Below are positions 35,101 through 47,483 of a stretch of DNA of 64,000 bases, piece by piece. A model generated the notes under the pieces. It ran no database searches. It saw nothing but the letters and a program-made list of their open reading frames with translations, and was not told where the DNA came from. The stretch covers positions 2,205,697-2,269,696 of the forward strand of contig MU004234.1 of the NCBI GenBank assembly GCA_010405405.1. Reading direction: 5' to 3'. Origin of the DNA: Microthyrium microscopicum (Eukaryota). Position numbers and translations under genes: made by a program. The stretch's first letter is position 1, and every line of letters begins with the position of its first letter.

Positions 35101-36093
35101 GTTCGACGCCGTTTTGTGAGGATGCGGAAGGATGGACCCCAGTACGTTGATTATCGTTTACAATGATTGCGCGAATCTTCTGAAATTGATCTTTCTTGCT
35201 GAGCAGGTTGTTCCCTAATAGCTTTGCCAGACGAAACGACTCGCTCTTAGTATGACCTGGAATTCGTTAGTATAGGATTCCGATCGAAGAACACGCCTAA
35301 AGAATAAGCGGTCTGTTCGTGGTGAAATCATAAAACACCCATCGTATTTTATGGTAGCCATTAAGTGCGATGGGAGACATAATTGTTTTGGTTCCATTGG
35401 ATGTCGTTGGAGAATGTGATTTTGCACAGGGATATGTTACCTGTGACCATATCTGCATATCCAGGAGTTCGGAGAAGTTTCTGCATGACCAGATCGTATG
35501 CGATGGCGTATTCGATATACGCTTGATCCCGTCGATCGCGATACTGAGCGAAATCCTCGGACAGGCGGTTGCAATGATCAGCAGTCTCCAGTAGTTTAGG
35601 TATCTGTAAGTCCCGGTAAGCAATGCATCGACGGACTAAACAAATAACACGCTCCATTTGACTGTGATTGCGCCCATATGCCGCGATCTATAATCGTGTG
35701 ATTTAATTCGCATCAACCTTGCTGGCTCCCACATGTTGCATTCTATGATCGAGTGCATCATTCTCCATCGCCTGCATTCAATTCTTGACATTTTATCGAA
35801 GACGATGGGAAATAACGCACTAGATCATAGAACGCAGAGTATGGGAGCCAGCGAGGTTGATGGGAGTGCGCCGGCAGTTGAGTGTCACGTACCGTATATC
35901 CTTGGTACGACGATAGTCGTCTCCGGATTTCGCCCTCGATATCCTTGATATGGCGGCCATCCCTAGGACCAGGAGGTGTGCCATTTCTAGCAAAGGACGG
36001 TATGTTCATCCCGTTGAGATGGTTCGTGGCGGGCTTCCTGGTTATTGGAGGGTCGTTTGGGTAAGGCGGAAGACCCAGAGAGGCAGAAGACAT
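32137..36093 (-). CDS. DOA4: Ubiquitin C-terminal hydrolase with rhodanese-like domain (Doa4/Ubp4/USP8 type)
   Basis: LLIDVRSRSDFDGGHI rhodanese segment; Cys box GLRNMGQTCYMNSVLQCL; QQDAMEF; His box HLGAQLSSGHYKAYV; introns 35604-35892, 35257-35440 and 32386-32596 keep the frame. Confidence 0.9.
35711..35862 (-). repeat. 60-bp imperfect inverted repeat (hairpin) in DOA4 intron 1
   Basis: Arms 35711-35770 and 35803-35862, 32-nt loop, ungapped; 49/60 Watson-Crick pairs plus 5 G-U pairs on the pre-mRNA strand. Confidence 0.95.
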
Positions 36094-36882
36094 GTTCTGA
36101 AAACGGGCTGGGCTCTACGATAGCAGCATATCGGGTAGTAGCGAGTGACGCTCTGGAAGGTGTCGCCCTGAGAGGCGCAAACAAGAAGACTTAGGGACGT
36201 GTAGGCGGCAGTGATGGTGATGGCGATGGCGTAGGAAGGCGTCAACGGATATAGTCGGTATAGACACGGGAAGAAAGGTATATTTAGCGACTGCAGGCGT
36301 ATATATTGAGAGCGAGATGTTGTTAGGAACTGCGAAAGATAAAAGAGGGAGTCAGGAGGATTTGAAATTGTAGAGTGATGTATAGTTGTATGGTGGTGAT
36401 TTAGCGATTTGGTGATCTCACTACTCCCCGAGTCGATGGACCACAGACTGATTGATGTTGAGAGGCTCCAGGCGGCGGTAATCCTTAGCGTGTAAGACTA
36501 GACCAAGCGGCTGATGATTAAGCAGCCCCACCATTACTAGCGTGGCGATATCTCCGCTAACTTCCGCTGACTTCCACTGAAGGAGGCGGATGCCAAGTAA
36601 AAGGCCACATGCTCCTCTCTGCCCTGTGCCTCTTGCGCTTGCCCTTCAAAGCTTCAAGCTCCATCCATTTCTGGCAGTCGCAGTTGCCTCCTCCGCTGAT
36701 CTGATCACCAACATTCAACTTCTCTCTCGTCTTCTACCACTTCCACCACAAGCCTAATCATTAAACCCCTCTACGTATCCCCAGCCATATCCGCCATTTA
36801 TTTCACTTACTACCGCCTACCATCTGCACTACATCTACGTCTTTCTGAACTCTAACCTGTTGCCTGCCCGCATCCAACCACC

Positions 36883-39282
36883 ATGGCCGGTTGGTTTTCT
36901 TCCTCAAACTCCGCTTTGGACGGCCAAATAGAGCAAGCAACTGCAGACAGCTTGTATGTATCTCACTGATCTTGCTGGTCCTAAGCTTACACACATCCAG
37001 AGAGGACATTGCCCTCAATCTCGAAATCTCCGATGTCATTAGATCCAAGACTGTCCAGCCCAAAGAGGCTATGCGGTCATTGAAGAAGAGAATAGGCAAC
37101 AAGAATCCAAATATCCAGCTCGCCGCTCTACACGTACGATCATACCCTTGTACTTTTCAGAAGGTTACTAACCATTCTTAGTTGACCGATACTTGCGTCA
37201 AAAATGGAGGCTCACATTTCATGACTGAGATCGCTTCGCGCGAGTTCATGGACAACCTCACCTCCCTACTCAAAGCTTACGGACCCGCCGCTATCAACGA
37301 AGATGTCAAGGGTTTAATACTTGAGCTCATTCAGGCTTGGGCAGATGCTGCACAAGGACGACCCCAGTTAAATTACCTTCAAGAAGTTTATCAATCCTTA
37401 CAACGCGAAGGCTTTCATTTCCCACCCAAACAAGCTGTAGCTAGCAGTATGTTTGATACCAATGCCGTAGGTTTTGATGGAATGTTCCCAAAATCTTCAT
37501 GAGCTAACCTCGACTACAGCCCCCAGAGTGGATAGACTCTGACGTTTGCATGCGTTGCCGAACCGCCTTTACCTTTACGAATCGAAAACATCACTGCCGA
37601 AATTGTGGAGGTGTTTTCTGTGGATCTTGTACGACCAAGACAATGCCATTATCTCACTTGGGAATTCAACAGGCTGTGCGCGTGGACGATGGATGCTACC
37701 AGAAACTGATTGACAAGAACCGAGGCACACCTGTTCCAAAGTCCTTCGATGCTACACGACCACCTCCCAAGACATTATATCAAGGCATGCAACCTCGCGA
37801 CGCTCGGGTAGAAGACTCGTTCGACGCGGATCTGAAAAAGGCCCTGGAAATGAGTTTGGAAGAGGCAAAGGCTCCTCAGGGTCAAGGATACGTACCACAG
37901 GCACAGGCTCGCCAAAACAAGCCTCTTCCAAATGGCAACTCATTTTCGAAACCACTACCGCAGCCTCAAGAAGAAGACGAGGAGGATGCAGAGCTCAAAG
38001 CGGCGATAGAAGCATCGCTCAGAGATATGGAAGAGCAAAAGAAGCAACATTCTGCAACACTCAAAACTCAAGCCGCGACTGCAAATGGATCTTCCAAACC
38101 ACTTCCAAAACCAGATGAATTGACTGCTGCCGAGGCCGAGAATATTAATTTGTTTTCAACATTAGTTGAGCGACTTCAACATCAACCACCAGGAACCATT
38201 CTTCGAGAGCCCCAAATTCAAGAATTGTATGAAAATATAGGTTCATTTCGGGTAAAACTTGCTAGAACGTATGGTGAGACGATGAGTAAACATGGTATGT
38301 ATTTTGGATTAGTTTCGTTCTACGTTAACTAATGATTTCAGATGCGCTTCTAGATCTACACTCTAAACTGGCGACAGTCGTGCGTTACTACGATCGCATG
38401 CTAGAAGATCGCCTCTCCAAGACGTACCAACAGCCAGCTGGTGGATATGGATCACCAGCCCATTTTGGCCAAGCATCGTCAAATCCATATCCAAATATGC
38501 CAACTGCTCCATCGAATCTTGAAAGCTACTATACTGGCTCGGCAGCACCATCAGATTCCTATGCTAGACCGCAATCAACGTATGCAGGATACCCCCCTGC
38601 CCAATCCCCGTATCCTCAACAAGCGACTCCTCAACAGCCTTGGCAGAGACAGCCCTCAGAAACTCCATATTCTCCAGCAGCTCAGCCTTATGCTCCCCAG
38701 CCTTATTATGAAGGAGCACAACCACCCCAACGGACTGCAAGTTTTTCTTCTTATCCTCCACAGCCTACAGAAACCCCTACTATGCAATATCCCCAACTTC
38801 AAAGACAGCCTTCATATCCGTCTCAATCTACTCAGTCCCAGCAAATATCATCCCAACCTCCACAGCAGCCTACTCCATCATCCCTTTCAAATGATCCTTC
38901 CACGGCCTACTACTTTCCCGACCGTGCGCAAGCTGAGCCACAACCTTCTCAACAACAAGTACCTCAGGGCACACCTGCCCAACCGCCTCAACATCTTCAT
39001 CAACAACCGCCGAACTCTCAACCAACTCTACCGCCACAAATGCATCCTCAGACTGCTCCAGTTGCCCCTGGAGCTGCTAACCCACAAGCCACGCAGGCTC
39101 CAGCGGCGTACCAAACCGCACCGCCGCAGACTTATCAAACAAATCCACAACAGCCGCCACCAGCCCAACCATTGCAGCACTGGCCCCAGCAACACTTCAC
39201 AGCTGCCGGCTACGGGCCCGAGAGCTTCCCAACAGTCCCACACGCCCAGCCAAAGGTAGAAGAAGCACTGATTGAACTATAA
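36883..39282 (+). CDS. VPS27: ESCRT-0 subunit Vps27 (VHS-FYVE-UIM-UIM-GAT, P/Q-rich tail)
   Basis: [38 protein letters not shown], UIMs [10 protein letters not shown] and [11 protein letters not shown]-terminal clathrin box ALIEL; four introns. Confidence 0.95.
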
Positions 39283-39433
39283 ACCTCCTGTAGGTCGGGA
39301 ATTATGTATATTACTGTGGAAGAAATAGTTTGACCAACTAATCACCATCAGAAATTCTATCACAATCCCTAGCATCAAATTTGCCTCCTCTGACTGCTTT
39401 GTTCTGTATCCTCGAGTAAGAAAGCTCTATCCA

Positions 39434-40129
39434 CTATGCCATTTGACGCCACTGTTCATAGATAATATCCCACTTCCTCTTCTCATACCTCTTCGCCCAT
39501 CTACCAAACCCCTTGCGCGCCTCCTCCTCCTCACTCATCTTCATCCTCCTCCCCTGACAATCCGTACACACCGCGCGTCCAAAATCCCACACTTGCCGAG
39601 ACAACCTCTCCTCACTTGAATCCTCTCCCGCCACCCACCTCAAACTCTCTATCCCCCTAAACCGCTTGCCCGCCCTCACCACCCGACACTCCCCACACAG
39701 CAACGCCGGCATCTCCCCATGCGGCCACGTCTGCCTTAACACACGCGCCGTAATCAAATTCGGCAGCGCACTGGACGGGTTGCTCATCCAATTCGGTTTC
39801 CTCCCATCATACCTTGAATCCATCCAATTCGCCTTTGGTGGCGCGGATTTATTCCAGTTGTTCGTTTTCTTTGGTCTTACGCGTAGTGTGGGTGGACTGG
39901 GGCGGAATTGTCGGTGCCGTGAGAGGCTTTTGTATAGGGTGAGGGATTTGTACTCGCAGCGCATGATGTGGTCGGCGTAGTTGTGCAGGAGGCGGTTGTT
40001 GCTGGGCAGGGGGATGGCGGCGTGGAAGAGGGGGTGGGTTGTGCGGAGGGCGAGGGCGGTGAGGGGGGGTAGGTGGGTTGTTATGAGGTTTATGATTTCG
40101 GGGGGGAGGGTGGTGAGGGTTCGTGGCAT
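39434..40129 (-). CDS. F-box domain protein
   Basis: N-terminal LTTLPPEIINLITTHLPP...LALRTT; C-terminal CGEC and CTDC pairs; intronless. Confidence 0.75.
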   Translation of the reverse strand: MPRTLTTLPPEIINLITTHLPPLTALALRTTHPLFHAAIPLPSNNRLLHNYADHIMRCEYKSLTLYKSLSRHRQFRPSPPTLRVRPKKTNNWNKSAPPKANWMDSRYDGRKPNWMSNPSSALPNLITARVLRQTWPHGEMPALLCGECRVVRAGKRFRGIESLRWVAGEDSSEERLSRQVWDFGRAVCTDCQGRRMKMSEEEEARKGFGRWAKRYEKRKWDIIYEQWRQMA

Positions 40130-40714
40130 GGTTTGGGGTGGATAGTAATGGGTATGTTTGTATGTAGTAATGTGTATGTTTGTTTTGTGTGGTTGTTGAT
40201 GTGGTTGTTGTTTTGTATGGATGTTGTATGGTTGGGTTGGTGATAATAATGGGTTTGGTTTTGTTGATGGGGAGATTGAGGTATGGGAATGATATCAAAG
40301 ATGGACTTCGGGAAGGTGTGACTCGTATTCATACTAGTATGTGGTTACTTTTTTGGGGCTATATCTTTGGTCGAGCTTACCTACGAGCCGTACCAATTTT
40401 ATGGTACACCTTCTATGATATGATCCGGAAGCTTTTAGAACCTTATCGAAGACCATCCAAGCGAGAAGAGTCATACATTAGCCTACAAGTAAAGATATCT
40501 TTCGATGTGAAGCAAGACTTGAAAGTGTCAAATAACATCTTAACCTCACGATAAGTAGAATATTACCTACGAGTCCGAGTCCAAGCGACTTTGAGATATG
40601 CATTTAGATACAGATTGACTGACTGTATGCCAAAAAAAATCCCACATCATTCTCTTCCAGCAACGTCAATCGTCGAGGAATCTCGCAATGATTGTCAAGA
40701 GCAGATAAACAAAG

Positions 40715-42010
40715 TCAACATCTTTCATCTTTATAATGAGTAGTGCAGCTACAAGTAATCTCATCACCAAGAATGAGCAGTGCATCCATACCAAGGATAC
40801 ACTTATCACATTTGACCTTCTTCGACAATTCATGTTGCCACAAGTCATGATACGTCCCAGAATCCTGACCCAAGCGCAGGATCAACTCAAAAGTCTCGTC
40901 ATGCCAATATCCTAGGACGGAACACGGAGCACAAAACACCATTGGCGCCGCTTCAAGTCCTGGTCTAGAATTGAGTAGCGCTTTCGAGTTTCGGTGAAAT
41001 TCTCGTAGACGACTAGTTGCAGCCTCGTCGATACCGTGTAAATCGCCCTGTCGTTCTGTTCTGGCAGCACTGTAAATGATATCGTAATATAGGCCGCGTG
41101 GTGGATCAATCAAGGGGTTACGTAGAGCTTTCAGAGTGTCGAAGTATTCCAAGGTCCATAGTTCCGGCGGCAGGATCTCGATCTTACAATCTTCAATGTG
41201 GAGAAGCTACAAGTTGTATTTTTCAGTGAGACTAGTTGATATCATGGTGTATTGGAGCGACCACTTACCTCAAGCTGGCTGAGATTCTGTATCTCAGACG
41301 GAATTACAGTGATTGGATTTCCTGAAACGTCGAGAACTCGCAGTTGGCCGAGATCAAAAAGCTGACAATGGCTTAGTTCGAAGTGAAACACAAGTGAGAA
41401 GACTGGTAAAGAGCAGGGCAACTGACTGGTCTGGACATCTCAGTGAATTCTAAACAGCTCAAACTCAATAAAGTCAGACTTCGACACATAGAGATACTAT
41501 ATGGCAGTTCAATAATTGGGCAATCTGTTATTCGCAATCTAGTTGCTCGCAGTCAGCGTATTGAATCTCAGTATGAAAGACAGACACCGACTTTATAATC
41601 TCCGTGGACAGCAGCTCAAACCAATGATCAGGGATACGTTTGATTTGCATTCGAGTTAAACCAAGAAAGAATGGTTCATTTTCAAAAGAAGCTTCTCGAG
41701 CCGCGTCCGCTGCCTTGGTGACAAAATCGACGTCGTCAGTTGATAGGAAGCCGAGGTTGTTAGTTCTACCATCATTTACCAATTCTTTATAGACGAGTTG
41801 AAGGAGGGTCAAGGAAGCTCGATTTGTTCTACCAAGCTTGAGCGACGGTCCTCCAGTGGGAGATGGTGTTCTCATAGGAGGTGAATGCTGATACGAGTCG
41901 CGGCCATCTGCGAGAGTTTCAGCGTCATCGTCTGCGAAGAGTACGCTATCTCGCTCCTCTGCAGGGTTTGACGCTCTCGGCCCCGTGGCAGAACGATCTC
42001 TGGAATTCAT
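40715..42010 (-). CDS. Leucine-rich-repeat protein
   Basis: Three introns join LRITDCPIIELPYSI, LRVLDVSGNPITVIPSEIQNLSQLE and LHIEDCKIEILPPEL...LRNPLIDPP; Cys-rich C-terminus. Confidence 0.8.
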
Positions 42011-42985
42011 CTGAATTCAGAGTATGGTTGAGTGAAAGTTTCAAGCCCCGCCTGCATAGAAAGACGTTGCACCTCAGTGATGTGAGTGCCCCATGTCATT
42101 CTTTCCTCGTCCAGAACCTAAAGGCTGAGGATCATGCATCAGAATATCTTTGATGCCTTAAAAATTGGCTTGAGACATTGCTATGAGTATTACTAGCAAA
42201 TAATTCTACCCTTAGTATAAGTATCAAGCCAAATCCATCAGTACACGCCAAAATATTGCTCAGTGACTTTTTTGCCTTTGTACAAGGCTGCCCGGAAATA
42301 GTGGTAAATTAGTTTTCAACCTCCTTCAATGGATCTCGAATCCTACTCATAGGGCACTTGCTGAACTATCTACTTGCGTTAGGCTCGGTACCTACAAGCA
42401 CTTGTTTATTCTTCTCAAGTATCGGAAGCTTACTATCTTGATATCGGCACTAGCGTGTTGATGCTATAAATATCTCGCAAAATGTCCATGGGTACCCACT
42501 AGATCTCCTTTAGCGCATAGTTGCAACTGTAATAGCACTGGGGATAAGGCCCTCCCAAGTATTATCGAAATGTGAGAGACAAGCATGTACAACCTCTTCA
42601 TCTTACAATGCATGCGTACTTTGTCTCTCGTGCAGCATCTTTGGGCAGTGCTGGGAGAAGTCATCCAATGTTTAACCAAATATACAATTCCTGTTTAGCT
42701 ACTTGCTCTTTGAATCCTCTTAATTAGTATGTATTTCGAAAGATAAGGATTAATTATTAGCGTCCAGGCTTGCTATGTCTGAAAGATTTTCACAGGGATA
42801 GCAAATAGTGCCTGTGTCTAGTGACACCTTCTTGAATCGAGCAACATCTTCTTCTTCGATTTTGTACGAAAAGAATCTTCTTCATATTGAGTACGTCTGT
42901 TCTTTCTCTTTTCCGGTGCTTATCGTTCATGGTTGCGCTCTTGGCTTCCATCTTTACTGTTGCGTTTTTATCTTAATTTCTAATC

Positions 42986-44735
42986 ATGATGTGGAATTTG
43001 CCTGGAAGTTGTCTATTGCTTCTATCTGTCATTCGTTGTGCGACTCATGCTCTCCAAACGTGGCCTTCTTCAATCGATGAGTTAGAGGATATCATGTTTT
43101 TAAATACTGGATATCGGAATCGTGGCTTCGGCGCACTCGTTACCCCATGTGGATTCACATCAACGGAAGATACAACTCGATCAAATGCGGCAGAATGGCT
43201 TCGAACAGCATTTCACGATATGGCCAATATAGCATTAGCCGGAGGCAGAAATGGAGGATTGGATGCATCGCTTGTCTACGAATTGGGTGCCAGCAATATC
43301 GGTGCTGGTTTTGAAACAACCCTCAGAAACTTCGTGCCTTATTATTCGACTCGTTCTTCAATGGCCGACATCATTGCTCTAGGAGTCTACGCTTCCGTCA
43401 GATCATGTGGCGGTCCAGTAATTCCTATCAGGACTGGAAGAAAAGATGCCATCAAACAGACCGGCATTATTGGTGGAACACCACTTCCACAGAATGATAT
43501 TGGGACCTTCGTTAACCAGTTTCACAGAATGGGCTTCAACCAAACAGAAATGATCCAGCTCGTCGCCTGTGGACATACTATCGGTGTTACACATTCCAAC
43601 GACTTTCCAGAAGTCGTGTCTAATGCCTCTGCTTCGAACGCTTTTCAATCATTAGACTCAACTCGAAATACATTCGATTCAGCGATTGCCCAAGATTATC
43701 TCAATGGCTCTACCACAGATGCTCTTAGTAGTCAGTATGCGATAGCCAACAAGCAAGCATCTGATTTCGTAGTGTTCAACTCTGATAACAACGCAACCAT
43801 CACACCCATGGCGGACCCAACGACGTTCCAAAATATCTGCCAAAGTTTACTTCAAAGAATGATAGAAGTTGTTGTTGATCCAAGCATATTGACTGATCCC
43901 ATTGAAGTCTATGATGTAAAACCCGCTGCACTACAGTTGAGTCTCATGGACGGCGGGGACCAGATCTCGTTTACTGGAGAGATAAGAGTTCGAACCACAT
44001 CCAAACCTATTGACTCTGTACAGATCATGTACTGGGACCGAATTGGCATTCCAGGTCCAAATAATACTATCACTACAACATTGAAAGGAACGGCTCAGGG
44101 GTTTGAGGATCAGTTTTCAGTAGGTTCTGCCCAGCACACTGCAATGACAGTCTCTAATATTGGCAGTTTTATGGATTCAATACTTTCTTTCCATCAGAAT
44201 CTTCTATATCATCTTTCGTTGTCCAAGTAGACTACTCAGATGATACGCAAACCATATTTGACAATGATGGCCTGAGGTATCCAATTCAGGACAATATCAT
44301 GTTCCAACCAGCTCAAAGCTGTCTGACAGGAAAGGGGGGAGTGAACATTACTGTTTCTGCGACAGTCAGTATTATGACATTATTCTCAAGGTCTTCTATT
44401 GACAGTCACAGGTCCGAGACTCCCAAGACGCCGCATCCTTGTCGTTGACTTTACGCGTACCTACAAAATACATCACTCCGACACTTCAGGTTACTCATAT
44501 TACATTGTCGCCAATATCTAGTGCAGGGGCATTCACTTTGTATTCAGCAAATTACACGCTTAATCAAACTCAAGTCGGGAATACTAGGTTTGACGTCTCT
44601 GTTGGCTCCTTCTCTGACAGTTTTAAGCTCAGCTCTAAATTGACTGGAAAGTGCCAGCCTTTAGCACTGTCTGGGTACAATTTGACCGTTCCATCGAAGC
44701 GTAGTGCTAGATCTAGTAGATCCGTCTGGGCTTGA
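42986..44735 (+). CDS. Secreted heme peroxidase (fungal WSC-associated peroxidase family; no WSC domain seen)
   Basis: Signal peptide; AEWLRTAFHDMA (distal Arg/His), GGLDASL, LVACGHTIG (proximal His); introns 44120-44166 and about 44365-44411. Confidence 0.9.
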
Positions 44736-44825
44736 TATAGCAAATGAGCGGAACAATTTATCAGACATGGTTTTCTTGTAAAAGCCTTGTCTCTGAAGAC
44801 TTTATCTTGTAATAAATACATTTGA

Positions 44826-46599
44826 CTATATCACTGGTTCCCAAACCTGTAATATCTGCTTGAAAGGATCGACCGCCAAAATTCTCCGACCGTCTCCTTG
44901 AAGTACAAAAACATTGAGTACTAGACCCTCGCCAGAATTTTCCATCTGCATCGACTTACCAGACTCTACGTCTGTCAAATATATGCCCGCCCTTGGAGTC
45001 GAAGTTGCCCCGCTCATATAATTCGCAGTGACAAAACAAGACCCATCAGATGATATGGAAGGTGACAAGAAAGCGCTGGATTGATTTTGTAGCAAGGACC
45101 TGTGGGTAATTTGTGATTTCTTCATATCGACCACAACTGAGAAAGGCATAGTGGATTCTGGCGGGAAGTGTTTTGTGGCCGCGTTTGATGATTTATGGAG
45201 CCAGGACTTTATATGCCTAAGAATGCTTTTCTTTTCGTTTCGCACTGGGGTCCAGTGCTGGTGATGAGATGCCGATTGTAACAGCACTATTTGATTGTCA
45301 TTCAATGCGAACGAGGCTCGAAGAGTTGGTGATGTGATAACAGGATGAATGCCCCAGTTTTCTAGGCTGATCTTGTGAAGAAGCGATCCATCCGCAAGGT
45401 TGATGATTTCCACGATCCGGCTAAATTTCTTTGATTCTATGAATTTGTCAGCTTGTGCTCTTTCAAGAACATCGGTTAGATGTCTTTGTTGCCGGTGATA
45501 GCATGAAAGCTTGTGAGCTGATCTGCTTCTATGTGCTTGGCCTGTAGCTCAACTGAATAGACTACATTCTAGACATAGTGACAGTCTTTTGACCAGCACC
45601 AGGAGAGTCCACGAAAATCTCGTGCGAGAACTTACTAAAGCAGGTAACTTTAAGGTACTGACTGAGCAGTCTGGTACAATCTTTGGAGAATTCCATGGCC
45701 CAGCAATTGCGAGCTTCTCCTGGATATTCTTGAGCCCATACCTCCTCGCCTGACTCGGCATCTAGCACGATGGTCTTTGGTATGCATTTTTCAAATGTTT
45801 GATATGCGAACAGTCTACCATCTCTGGACAGCTTGTTCATTGGCATGCCCTCAAACATGACATGATCCCGATTGTTATGTTGCTTGCTATTCTTAGTGCT
45901 CCAAATTTTGATCATATATCGCCAAATATAGTATTCTGGGTTTTCTTTTTGCTTTCCACTGCATTGCAAGACAGTTGTGAGAAATCCATCATCTCGGAAT
46001 TCCATTGCCACTATGCTTTTGTGCCGACAATTCGATTCTGGGTCCTCATCGACCAAGAAGTCATAATTTGAATCCGTCAGCTGGAGGTTCTGTGTCCTTT
46101 CCATATCTTCCGTCGTTCCCAGTATCAAAGTGCCGTATCCTGCCGGATCTGGAATTGTCACAGTGGTGTCGATTCTGAATGGACGAGTGTTACGCTTATG
46201 CCAAATAGCAAACTGTTGTCCATGGCCAGCTAACGCGTTATCCCACCCATAGCGAAAATTTGCATTGTTGGCTTGGGGCAAAGTGAAAGTCGAGCTTGAA
46301 ATTTTTGCAGCTCCCATCCAAGTATCCGCATCTGTGGTGATAAGTTCTTCGCGCTTTTTGCGAAAACTGGAGACTGAAGAAGAATGTTTTGGCTTATCGA
46401 TTAAAGGCTTCTCTCTGTCTCCAGCTCGAACACATTTGAGTGTTTCCTCGGAAGGATTGTCGTATCCAAATGCGCTGACTACTGTCTCGGAGTCTGATAT
46501 GGATATTTGGTCGAAAGACACGCTATTCACAGAAGTTGAATAACGGTCAAGCGAAAGAGTAGGAAGCTTTGAAGTTGTACTTTCGCAGTGCCCACCCAT
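44826..46599 (-). CDS. Hypothetical protein, probable beta-propeller (WD40-like)
   Basis: Two ORFs joined in frame by GTAAGT...CTGAC...TAG intron 45437-45635; blade-like segments AMEFRDDG, LSRDGRLFAY, MEFSKDC, ISSDGSCFVT, LQVWE. Confidence 0.65.
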
Positions 46600-47483
46600 A
46601 ATGAGTAAGATCTCGGGTACTGATCTTCACTATTGCAATCTTTACTGCTTCAAGAACATCCGCAATGTCTCACTAGCAACTGAGGTAAGTGGTTGTCAAA
46701 ATTGCCCAAATGAAGGAGATCAATTCTAGATGTACTTGGGGCATTTCAAGACTTTATATGCGTATCGTTGCACGGGTCACATAACACAGCCTCCGAGTGT
46801 GCGTTTTGTTGTCTAGCGTACTGGCAAGGCTGACATCCGAACATTTTCTTTTTATTACTAGTCGCTTGAGCCTCACGATGGTGTGCTTGGAACATTGTGC
46901 GTGAATTGAACATAGCATCTGACAATTTAGAGTTACTGCTTCAGTGATGATAATTTGGTCTCTTGAGACCCAATCATGTTGCATGAATATGGTAGGTACT
47001 TCTTCTCTCCAATGGGTCATAATTGTTTAGTTAGGCACGGTACATGCAAATAGAGGAGTAGTACTGGACAAGTAGCATATAGCATCACCAATGTTATCGG
47101 CAACAAGGGCAGGAGCGAAACGAACGAATGTTGTGTCTTCCTTTCATAACACGCTTAACTAATACCGGTGGGTTTACCGTGGTGTAAGACCATTTGTCAT
47201 CTACAACAAACTACCCGCATTAGCTTCTTGAAAAGAACAACACGATGCCGCGAGTCGACGAGGAACTCAGTGAGTAAGACTCTGCAGTAGCGAAAGCAAT
47301 CAAGATGCCTGTCGATTTTTCTTCATTCCTAAACCCGGCTCCTAGTCTGCAGACTAATGTTGTCTTAGTAGTAGGCAGCGGGTTGCTACCTGGTCTGGGT
47401 CACAACGGCCCGCCCCGAGACCTACGGTCCCTCTTGTTGTCATCCCATCCAATAGGAACCCATTTCAAAAGCGAAAACGAAAG

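Noticed and set aside
32386..35440. DOA4 introns 2 and 3 as box C/D or H/ACA snoRNA hosts
   Set aside because: No shared RUGAUGA/CUGA pair or clear H and ACA boxes in both copies; not excluded without an Rfam or snoscan search.
35840..35880. Resemblance of GCCGGC...UCCCA...CCUCGCUGGC in DOA4 intron 1 to the HDV ribozyme core
   Set aside because: No upstream P1 partner for the following strand, no P1.1/J4-2 arrangement, and the copies in introns 2 and 3 do not keep the L3 consensus.
38441..39259. 272-aa alternative-frame ORF within VPS27
   Set aside because: By-product of P/Q codon bias in the Vps27 tail.
39849..40332. H/P/T-rich ORFs and strong strand asymmetry at the F-box gene
   Set aside because: C/A-rich 5' leader and codon bias; not a tandem repeat or separate gene.
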